From Octopus sinensis (lineage: Eukaryota): a stretch of DNA of 12,279 nucleotides. Location of the stretch: NCBI RefSeq assembly GCF_006345805.1, contig NW_021826598.1, positions 1 through 12,279 of the forward strand, in the 5' to 3' direction. The notes below the pieces were generated by a model. That model was not told where the DNA came from, made no database searches, and saw only the letters and a program-made list of their open reading frames with translations. This document shows positions 1-7,906 of this stretch, piece by piece (position 1 is the stretch's first letter; each line of letters opens with the position of its first letter). The position numbers and the translations under genes are program-made.

Positions 1-111
1 ATATATATATTATATAATATATGTATACACTATGTATACATATGGCATACATATATATATCATGCATACATACATATAATATATTAGATAATATAAGTAT
101 ACACATATGTA

Positions 112-183
<72 letters not shown>

Positions 184-362
184 ATATATTCTGTATATAT
201 GTATGTGTATGTGTGTATATATATTATATAGATATATATATATATATATAACACGCCGCATTTAATCAGACAATGACAAACCGTTGCATGCACACACACA
301 CACACATGCGTATGTACACACATATGTACACACACATATACACACATGCGCGCGCGCACATG
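1..362. repeat. Imperfect (TA)n microsatellite grading into (CA)n/(CG)n
   Basis: Directly visible dinucleotide runs; the IY/YI-rich ORFs here are translation artefacts. Confidence 0.95.
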
Positions 363-424
363 TACGTACGACCATTCAATGAAATTACGGACGTATAAAT
401 TACAACCCCCACATTAACAATGAC

Positions 425-692
425 AGCTGCTGATGCTGCTAACGTCGATGTCGAAAATGATGCTGTTGCTATTGCTGCTGCTGCCGCTGCTGCTGATGGT
501 GGTGGTGTTAGTGGTGGCTGTGGCGATGGCATGATATTAAGAAAAAGGGAAGCATAATACAGACAGTGATGTAGATGCTGGTATTGCTACCACTGCCGGC
601 ACTAACGATGATATTGATGATGATGATGGTGATAATGATGATGATGATGATGATGGCAATGGTGACGCTGATGATGACGGTGATGATGATCA
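425..692. repeat. Degenerate trinucleotide microsatellite (GCT/GGT/GAT)n
   Basis: Runs of gctgct, ggtggt and gatgatgat; the poly-Ala/Pro/Ile ORFs are low complexity. Confidence 0.85.
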
Positions 693-784
693 CAACATGG
701 TTGCTACCGTGAATCAGCTCCTCGATCCAGCAGACTTATGACCAGTGATATTCCAGTTCTCACCATACCATCACATATTCATAA

Positions 785-826
<42 letters not shown>

Positions 827-845
827 TTAAATATATATGTCCGGT

Positions 846-915
846 CATTGAGTGACCAATGGTTTCTTATCCATAAAGCGCTTTGGCTTTATAGACGACT
901 TGTCAGGCTGTAATG
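846..915 (-). ncRNA. Second, more degenerate copy of the hammerhead-like motif
   Basis: Minus strand reads CATTACAGC-CTGACAA-GTCGTCTATAAAGC-CAAAGC-GCTTTATGGATAA-GAAA-CCATTGG-TC-ACTCAATG. The C3/A8 mismatch and frayed stem II base suggest it is inactive. Confidence 0.45.
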
Positions 916-995
916 GCGGAGGGCATATAACCTCTCTTCAACAGGAGGTAGAAACCGTTTCTACCTCTGTTTTGAAAGAGGTTATATGCCTCCGC

Positions 996-1062
996 CATAG
1001 AGCTTGACAAGTCGTCTATAAGCAAAAGCGCTTATGGATGCGAAACCATTGGTCACTCAATG
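996..1062 (+). ncRNA. Minimal type I hammerhead ribozyme-like motif, U3-A8 core variant
   Basis: Stem I CATAGAG(996-1002)/CTCAATG(1056-1062), 6 of 7 paired; core TTGACAA(1004-1010); stem II CGTCTATAAGC(1013-1023)/GCTTATGGATG(1030-1040), 11 bp with 2 G-U, closed by G1011-C1041; GAAA(1042-1045); stem III ACC-ATT-GGT; GUC cleavage triplet 1052-1054. Confidence 0.65.
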
Positions 1063-1151
1063 ACCGGACATATATATTTAATTGCATGTAAATACATTAC
1101 TGGTCTATCCTTTAGAGCGTGCTTCTTTTTCGGTTATGTGATACACTGACG

Positions 1152-1190
<39 letters not shown>

Positions 1191-1196
1191 TATAAT

Positions 1197-1340
1197 ACAC
1201 GATCCTTATTGATCGTTTTTTTCCCCTTTTACGATCCCTTTTGATCGAAAACCTACCCCCTTTTTTTTTTTCTCCCCCCAAAGAATTCTACTTTGTAATC
1301 TGTCCCCCGTTGTGTCAGCCCTGTGTTCCTAATAAAGAAT
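1197..1340 (+). mobile_element. Probable 5'-truncated retroposon (LINE or SINE) 3' end inserted in (TA)n
   Basis: Ends ...ctgtcccccgttgtgtcagccctgtgttcctaataaagaat(AT)n, similar to the family B tail ...ttgtcccctctgtgtttagccccttgtgggtaataaagaaat; (TA)n on both sides. Confidence 0.45.
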
Positions 1341-1716
1341 ATATATAATATATATTATATATATATATATATAATATAATTATATATATATCCCATACAT
1401 ACAGACACATACGCACTACCATCGTATGTACATATATGAATGTCGGTGTGTGTGTGTAATATATATGTTTATATATAATCTCACCGTTGTTTATTCCAGC
1501 CATATTGGCCACCTGCCTAAGTAAGAAATCAATTCTGTTCAAATATCGATATCAATATAAAACAGAATCAGCTGTCACATTTGACTTTTTGCTTTTGGCA
1601 TAACGTACCCAGGCCTGTCTTACACAGTAGCCATCTTTCTTTAAAGATAATTAGGTGTCATTTGAGATAAATAGCGTATCTTTGGTTCACATATATATAT
1701 ATATAGATACACAGCA

Positions 1717-2041
1717 GTGGAGGCGCAATGGCCAAGTGGTTAGGGCAGCGGACTCGCGGTCATAGGATCGCGGTTTCAATTCCCAGACCGGGCGTTGTAC
1801 TGTACTCTTTCACCACAACTTTCTCTCACTCTTACTTCCTGTTTCTGTTGTACCTGTATTTCAAAGGGCCGGCCTTGTCACACTCTGTGTCACGCTGAAT
1901 ATCCCTGAGAACTACGTTAAGGGTACACGTGTCTGTGGAGTGCTCAGCCACTTACACGTTAATTTCACGAGCAGGCTGTTCCGTTGATCGGATCAACCGG
2001 AACCCTCGTCGTCGTAACCGACGGAGTGCTTCCATCCATCC
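1717..2041 (+). mobile_element. tRNA-derived SINE family A, tail type 1, with 14-bp TSD and an internal deletion
   Basis: A box TGGCCAAGTGG and B box GGTTTCAATTCCC; high similarity to 3597-3963; (CCAT)n end; target-site duplication ATAGATACACAGCA at 1703-1716 and 2042-2055. Confidence 0.9.
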
Positions 2042-2069
2042 ATAGATACACAGCAAAAATTTAAAATCA

Positions 2070-2410
2070 CTTGGTCTACGGTTAGGCTGTTGGTCTTAAG
2101 TTCATAAGATCATGAGTTCGAATGTTGGACCGCACGACGCTTCGTAGTCTCGAGTAGGGCTTTTCATTTTACATTGTTTCACTCAGCTAAACTCAGTATC
2201 TGTCGTGTGCTGGTGCAATCCTCTCTGCCGTCAGCTCTCACATTCTGGAAGTTTCTCTGGGTTAATCGCAGGAGAGTGGAAATCACGTCTATGTCGTTGG
2301 GTACCTAAAGCAATTTGGAAAAATAAGGTACGTTCCACTGAGCCAATTATTCTTGCGAGTGGTGGCAGCTATGATTTATACACTAAACTTCGACTGACAC
2401 GGGCTATTGA
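2070..2410 (+). mobile_element. Old degraded tRNA-derived SINE-like remnant
   Basis: A-box-like TGGTCTACGGTTAG and B-box-like GAGTTCGAAT at tRNA-like spacing; downstream sequence only faintly resembles the family A body. Boundaries uncertain. Confidence 0.35.
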
Positions 2411-2455
2411 ATAACAAGCTTATTAAGAGATATTGGAAACTTGAAAAAAATAATA

Positions 2456-2968
2456 CCGTAAATCCTCGAGTATAGTCCGCCCTTGAGTATAATACGCAGG
2501 GGATTTTTAGGGGGCTGTACCTCTGAAAAACCTAAACCTTGAGTATAATACGCTCCCTTTCTTTAACTTGAGTAAAGGGGGTCTATTTAACGTCATTGGT
2601 TTGTAAAAATGTATACGGTAACGTCCTTTATTATTATTGTATATATAACATAATGCAAACATGTAGCTTTTTTGTGCATTTTGTTTGCAGAAAATAAAGA
2701 AATAACAGTAATAACGTTTAATAAATGTTTCTTACTGCAAGTTATGGATGATTCTTTTATGACTTCATTGCTTTCAGGCTTAGCTTAAGGTATTTTCGCG
2801 CCCGACATCACAAAATGCGTCTGAATAAACATTGCCGGACAGCAAACAGAGATTCGGACATCGCTTAGAAAATAATTTTCATTTTTAACCTTGTATATTG
2901 TACGCGCTAGGGATTTTGACCTTTAAAATTTGGGGAAAAAAATGCGGATTATACTCGAGGATTTACGG
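2456..2968. mobile_element. 513-bp non-autonomous DNA transposon (MITE), Tc1/mariner-pogo type
   Basis: 25-bp TIRs CCGTAAATCCTCGAGTATAGTCCGC (2456-2480) and GCGGATTATACTCGAGGATTTACGG (2944-2968) with 1 mismatch; TA on both flanks (2454-2455, 2969-2970); subterminal direct repeats CCTTGAGTATAATACGC at 2481 and 2537; AT-rich non-coding interior. Confidence 0.92.
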
Positions 2969-3596
2969 TAAATAAAAACGAAGCTTCAAAAAGTATGGAT
3001 TCTAACCTCGATTAGGACGGTAAAATGTTTAAACGTCTGCTGGAAAATTGTAATGGCGTCTTTTCAAACGTTTTCAAAAATGGAGGATTTAAGTCCTTAT
3101 TTATGTTTTAATCTGTGTCGTGTTTTGTAAATCTCGTGATTCTCTATAGTGATAGTGCTGCTGCGCTTCACTAAAATACAATACTTAATCTCAACTCGAT
3201 AACTTTGGATATAAAAAAACAGAAAGTCTGACGAGAAAATATTCTGGTACTAAGAAGAAGAAGAAGAAGAGTAAAGTGTTAACTCTAGATGATAAATTAG
3301 AAGTTATAAAAAAAAAGAATGATCGTTGTAAGAGCAAAGCTAAGACAGGACGTGACTTGAGAATGAATGGAGAGACGAAACAAACAAGTATAATAAAATA
3401 GAAGATTTCTAAACGAAAGAAAACGAAAACTACATCAACATCAGGTAGACCAGCAACAAGGAATATAAGTATTATTATAATTGAAATGGCGAATCTATTG
3501 TGTTTGTGGCTGGAGAAAACCGAATTCCTCTAAACATTATATTCCTCTAAACATCGATATTATTATAAAATATATGTTTTCGTTCAAGATATATAA

Positions 3597-3963
3597 AGGC
3601 GCAATGGCCCAGTGGTTACGGCAGCGGACTCGCGATCGTAGGATTGCGGTTTCGATTCCCCGACTGGGCGTTATGAGTGTTTATTGAGCGAAAATACTTA
3701 AAGCTTCACGAGGCTACAGCAAGGGGTGGTGGCGAACCCTGCTGTACTCTTTCCCCACAATTTTCTCTCACTCTTTCTTCCTGTCTCTGTTTTACCTGTA
3801 TTTCAAAGGGCCGGCCTTGTCACTCTAAATCTCCCCGAGAACTACATTAATGGTAGACGTGTCTGTGGAGTGCTCAGCCACTTGCACGTTAATTTCACAA
3901 GCAGGCTGTTCCCTTGATCGGATCAACTGGAACCCTCGTCGTCGCAATCGACGGAGTGCAACG
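3597..3963 (+). mobile_element. tRNA-derived SINE family A, tail type 1, near full length
   Basis: A box TGGCCCAGTGG, B box GGTTTCGATTCCC; body and tail match 1717-2041; possible TSD ATATAAAGG (3591-3599, 3964-3972). Confidence 0.9.
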
Positions 3964-3970
3964 ATATAAA

Positions 3971-4461
3971 GGAGCTGAGCAAAATGCGTTGTGACATTTC
4001 GCCTGTCTTTACGTTCTGAGTTCAAATTCCGCCGAGGTTCAGATTTATCCTTTCAGAGCCGATAAAATAAGTATCAGTTGGTCACTGGGGGGTCGATGTA
4101 ATCGACTTACCCCCTTCCCTGAAACTGTTGGCCTTGTGCTAGAATTTAAAACCATTATTATGATCAAGGCAGTGGGCTGGCCGAAGTGTTATGATGCAGG
4201 ACAAAAATGCTTAGCAACATTTGGTCCTTCTTTAGGATCTGAGTTCAAATTCCATCAAGATCAACTTTGCCTTTCATATTTTTTTGGCTCAATAAAATCA
4301 GTACCTGTTGATTACTGGGGTTCGATGTAATCGAATTACCCCCACATCCACCCCCAATATTTACTAGCCTTGTGCCAAAATCTGAGACCATTATTACACA
4401 AGGCATCAAATTAGCCGAATCGTTAGAGTACCGGAAAAAACTCTCTTGTGATGTTCTTTCC
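3971..4461 (+). mobile_element. Head-to-tail run of older family B SINEs (alternative tail): ~3971-4160, 4166-4396, and a truncated head 4400-4461
   Basis: The first two contain TCTGAGTTCAAATTCC (B box), GAT/AATAAAAT.AGTA, the TCGATGTAATCGA hairpin and the tail GCCTTGTGC.A.AAT.T.A.ACC(ATT)n; the third is only a diverged head. Confidence 0.8.
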
Positions 4462-4624
4462 GGCAGGAGTGGCTGTGTGGCAAGTAGCTTGCTTACCAAC
4501 CACATGGTTCCGGCTTCAGTCCCACCGCGTGGCACCTTGGGCAAGTGTCTTCTACTATAGCCTCGGGCCGACCAAAGCCTTGTGAGTGGACTTAGAAGAC
4601 TGAAACTGGAAGAAGCCAGTCGTT

Positions 4625-4691
<67 letters not shown>

Positions 4692-5051
4692 TATATATGT
4701 ACGAGCAAAACGCACCCCGTTCAATGGACAGTGTTGAGTTGTCAAACATTTGAACCAAATTTTCTCAAAACAACTTGTCCGACCGTCCCATAGGCCTCCC
4801 CTTCGAGAAACACTGATTTAACCTAAATTTGAGACACCGTGCATTTTTCTCGCGTACGTGTAGTATCGATCGCAACAGCTGATGTGCTTGCGCGTACAAA
4901 TGCACGTTCCCACGGCTTTATCGATCGCATTCCCACCTTGAATCGATTTTTGTAATTTTTTCAAGACTTATATACGCCCTGATACCGTCGGTATCTACAT
5001 ATCAAATTTGAGCGCAATCGGATGGAGGATGCCCGAGATCCTAGAAGACCA

Positions 5052-5098
<47 letters not shown>

Positions 5099-5346
5099 GA
5101 CAGAACGGATTTCATATAATAGATATGTATGTGTGTCTGTGATTGTCTCCCCAACATCGCTTGACAACCGATGCTGGTGTGTTTACGTCCCCGTAACTTA
5201 GCGGTTCGGCAAAAGAGACCGATAGGATAAGTACTAGGCTTCCCAAAAAATAAGCTCTGAGGTCGATTTGCTCGGCTAAAAGCGCTGTTCCAGCATGGCC
5301 ATAGTCAAATGACTGAAACAAGTTAAAGAATAAAAGAGTAAAAGAG
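4462..5346 (+). mobile_element. SINE family C (5' part 4462-4623, internal microsatellite, 3' part 5125-5346) split by a Helitron
   Basis: tRNA-like head TGGCTGTGTGG...GGTTCCGGCTTCAGTCCC, then GGCACCTTGGGCAAGTGTCTTCTACTATAG. The same 5'-microsatellite-3' layout recurs at 7765-8107 and 11519-12235. Ends in (TAAAAGAG)-like repeats. Confidence 0.85.
4702..5123 (-). mobile_element. Non-autonomous Helitron-like element (~422 bp) with internal (GTCT)/(GT)n microsatellite
   Basis: Minus strand begins A|TCTATTATATGAAATCCG and ends GCTCG|T (CTAG-like), i.e. inserted between A and T with no TSD. Imperfect subterminal hairpin 4717-4731 lies ~15 nt from the 3' end; a microsatellite sits near the 5' end as in Lep1-type non-autonomous Helitrons. 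Confidence 0.7.
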
Positions 5347-5528
5347 ATAGTTGTGTTTGGTTTGACAGATTCAAAACTCGAACACGAATTCACATCGTTC
5401 ACGTAACAGACGAACTGGCAAGTGTATAAGAATAAAATGTAGCAGAACAAAATATTGATTTTTTTTGTACAAAAAAAAAAAAAAGAAGAAAAGAAATTAA
5501 AATATTGGGGTGTGTTACAAGCGATAAA

Positions 5529-5945
5529 CAAATGTTCAGTGTTGACGAATCAGGCCTGTTCTAGAGAAAGTATTGTCATCAAACGCCTTTTTATCCGTAT
5601 AAAGAAAAAAACCGCAATTTGAATTTAAAGTATCGAACGAATTAAATGATCACGAGCTTCTAAATTTGCATTAAATAGACTTCATTCAAAGAAACGGACA
5701 ATGAAGACGAAGAACAAATGAAGGGGAAATGACCGTAAAAGCATTAGATACTGTGTTTGAGGAATTTAAAAAGTTCAGGCCATTAATGGTGGATGTGAAC
5801 CTTCAGATCACACGAGGCATACAAAAGTTGAACGAAAGTCGGACAAAGAACATCACTGGCGCAGGCAGATGTATGCAGGAAGAAAGAGCGAAAGAAGATA
5901 AAAATGTAGTTCAGTTGATTCTAGTTAAGTATTTTAAAAAGCGAT
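5529..5945 (+). pseudogene. Decayed Tigger/pogo-like DDD transposase fragments
   Basis: 5529 onward translates QMFSVDESGLF*RK, matching the Tigger/pogo first-catalytic-Asp motif (Q-x-F-N-x-D-E-T-G-L-F-W-K) with W mutated to stop. ORF 5729-6007 (MTVKALDTVFEEF...QLILVKYFKK) resembles the Tigger C-terminus. Most of the catalytic domain between them is missing. Confidence 0.6.
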
Positions 5946-5980
5946 TATTTCGTGAAATAGATTTTAGTTTCATGGTTAAG

Positions 5981-6761
5981 AAGGCGGCGAGCTGGCAGAA
6001 ACGTTAGCACGCCGGGCGAAATGCTTAGCGGTATTTCGTCTGCCGTTACGTTGTGAGTTCAAATTCCGCCGAGGTCGACTTTGCCTTTCATCCTTTCGGG
6101 GTCGATAAATTAAGTAGCAGTTACGCACTGGGGTCGATGTAATCGACTTAATACCTATGTCTGTCCTTGTTTGTCCCCTCTGTGTTTAGCCCCTTGTGGG
6201 TAATAAAGAAATAGGTATTTCGTCTGCATTACGTTGTGAATTCAAATTCTGCCGAGGTCGACTTTGCCTTTCATCCTTTCGGGGTCGATAAATTAAGTAG
6301 CAGTTACGCACTGCGGTCGATATAATCGACTTAATACCTATGTCTGTCCTTGTTTGTCCCCTCTGTTTAGCCCCTTGTGGGTAATAAGAAATAGGTATTT
6401 CGTCTGCCGTTACGTTGTGAGTTCAAATTCCGCCGAGGTCGACTTTGCCTTTCATCCTTTCGGGGTCGATAAATTAAGTACCAGTTACGCACTGGGGTCG
6501 ATGTAATCGACTAAACCCGTTTGTCTGTCCTTGTTTGTGTCCTCTGTGTTTAGCCCCTTGTGGGTAGTAAAGAAATAGGTATTTGGTCTGCCGTTACGTT
6601 GTGAGTTCAAATTCCGCCGAGGTCGACTTTGCCTTTCATCCTTTCGGGGTCGATAAATTAAGAACCAGTTACGCACTGGGGTCGATGTAATCGACTTAAC
6701 CCGTTTGTCTGTCCTTGTTTGTCCTCTCTGTGTTTAGCCCCTTGTGGGTAATAAAGAAATA
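5981..6761 (+). mobile_element. SINE family B with its 3' ~184 bp amplified into 4 tandem units
   Basis: Single head AAGGCGGCGAGCTGGCAGAAACGTTAGC (5981-6029), then units 6030-6213, 6214-6393, 6394-6577, 6578-6761, each GGTATTT.GTCTGC...AAGAAATA; a monomeric copy lies at 11695-11926. Confidence 0.93.
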
Positions 6762-6764
6762 GAT

Positions 6765-6850
6765 ATTTGAACTCTGAATGTAAAGCTAAAAGAAAAGTAC
6801 CGCTAAGCATTTTATCTGGTGCGGTAACGATTCTGTAAGTTCGCCGCCTT
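6765..6850 (-). mobile_element. Family B SINE head fragment, inverted relative to the adjacent array
   Basis: Reverse complement AAGGCGGCGAACTTACAGAATCGTTACCGCACC...AATGCTTAGCGGTAC...GAGTTCAAAT. Confidence 0.75.
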
Positions 6851-7249
6851 AGCAAATAATTTAATATCATAGAAAGCTGTACATTCTGACAAACTGTAAT
6901 GCGATTATTTGTAAAAATAGCAGGAAAATATAAATAAAACGAATGGAAGAGAAAGACAGAGAGAGAGAAAGAAATGGGAGTAGGTGAGTTTGCATACGAT
7001 AAACGAAATTCTATAAGCGGAAGTGTCGACAGAGGTGAGCAGGGCAGTCGCCCCCAGGCACAAGTGTGAAAAGGACAAGATTTCCTCTGGCCTTGTTCAT
7101 GACTGTTAATTAAGGTGGAACTGCCGAATAAACGTGTATTTTTGCCTTCGGGTGCTGAGAAAACTTTGCTTGCTACGCCACTGATTACGAGTAAGTTGTG
7201 TTGGTAAAAAAAAACAGATGCAAAAATAAAATGAACGAAAATACAATAT

Positions 7250-7745
7250 GGACGACATGCAGACGACAGAAGGACAAAGAGGAAGAAGATAGAGAGAAGA
7301 GGAGAAAATGGAAAAGAGGAAGAGGTAGAGGTAGAGGAAGAGACGACAACGACGACAAAGAAGACGATGAAGAAGAATTAGAAGAAGAAGTAGACGAAGA
7401 AGAAGATGAAGAAGAAGATGAGGAAGAAGAGAAGAAGAAGAAGAAGAAGAAGAAGAAGAAGAAGAAGAAGAAGACGACGACGACGACGAAGAGAACGACA
7501 ACGAAGATGAAGAAAAGAAGACAGAGCGACGACAAAGAAGAAGAAAGAGTAGTAAATGAAGAAGATGAAGACAAGGCGAAAATGAAGAGGGAGACGAAGA
7601 GGAAGATAAGGAGGACGAATATAGAAAAGAGATGGGAAAGAAGAGAAGAAAAAAGAAAGTGTTGGTGAAAAAATGTAAAGGAAAAGGACATGAAAGAAAA
7701 TGCTAATACAGAAGAAAAACAGGCAGACATGATGGGAGAGAACAA
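7250..7745. repeat. Purine-rich degenerate (GAA/GAC/GAT)n tract with pure (GAA)n core ~7430-7473
   Basis: Directly visible; explains the poly-E/K, poly-S and poly-F ORFs. Confidence 0.9.
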
Positions 7746-7764
7746 AAGATAGGTGGGGAAGAAA

Positions 7765-7906
7765 ATTGAAGAGCTCGCTTTGCGGTCACGTGGTTCCGGA
7801 TTTAGTCCCACAGCGCGACACCTTGAGCAAGTGTTTTCTCCTATAGACCCGGGCCGACCAACGCTTTGTGACCGGATTTGGCAGACAGAAACTGTGTGGA
7901 ATCCCG

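Larger units (their letters stand above)
824..1084. repeat. ~260-bp imperfect palindrome (two ~130-bp inverted arms, centre at 956)
   Basis: Left arm cagttaaatatatatgtccggtcattgagtgaccaatggtttc...gaggtagaaac is the reverse complement of right arm gtttctacctc...gaaaccattggtcactcaatgaccggacatatatatttaattg, with a 1-nt spacer and scattered substitutions and indels. Confidence 0.95.
824..1152 (+). mobile_element. Putative Penelope-like element pseudo-LTR (with an inverted partial copy) or retrozyme-like fragment inserted in (TA)n
   Basis: Hammerhead-like motif in both arms, divergent inverted arrangement, (TA)n on both flanks (791-823, 1153-1194). Minimal hammerheads and inverted pLTRs are known features of Penelope-like elements. 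No RT/GIY-YIG coding sequence is present, so the class is inferred. Confidence 0.5.

Noticed and set aside
10-693. Several ORFs of 61-91 aa
   Set aside because: Translations of (TA)n, (CA)n and trinucleotide repeats; no domain content.
700-775. Possible old SINE tail fragment (also 1600-1680)
   Set aside because: No second copy within the window to confirm it; resemblance is from memory only.
1146-1152. CTGACGA hammerhead core box (also at ~3229 and CTGATGA at ~668)
   Set aside because: No stem II, GAAA and stem III arrangement follows; at 1146 the sequence runs directly into (TA)n.
3521-3555. Direct repeat ATTCCTCTAAACAT x2
   Set aside because: Simple short local tandem duplication with nothing inserted between the copies.
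6030-6761. Regularly spaced repeats as a CRISPR-like array
   Set aside because: Whole 184-bp units repeat with no unique spacers, and the unit is a SINE fragment in eukaryotic DNA.
7010-7190. GC-richer island (AGGGCAGTCGCCCCCAGGC) possibly from a DNA transposon end
   Set aside because: No matching inverted terminus or TSD found; cannot be supported.
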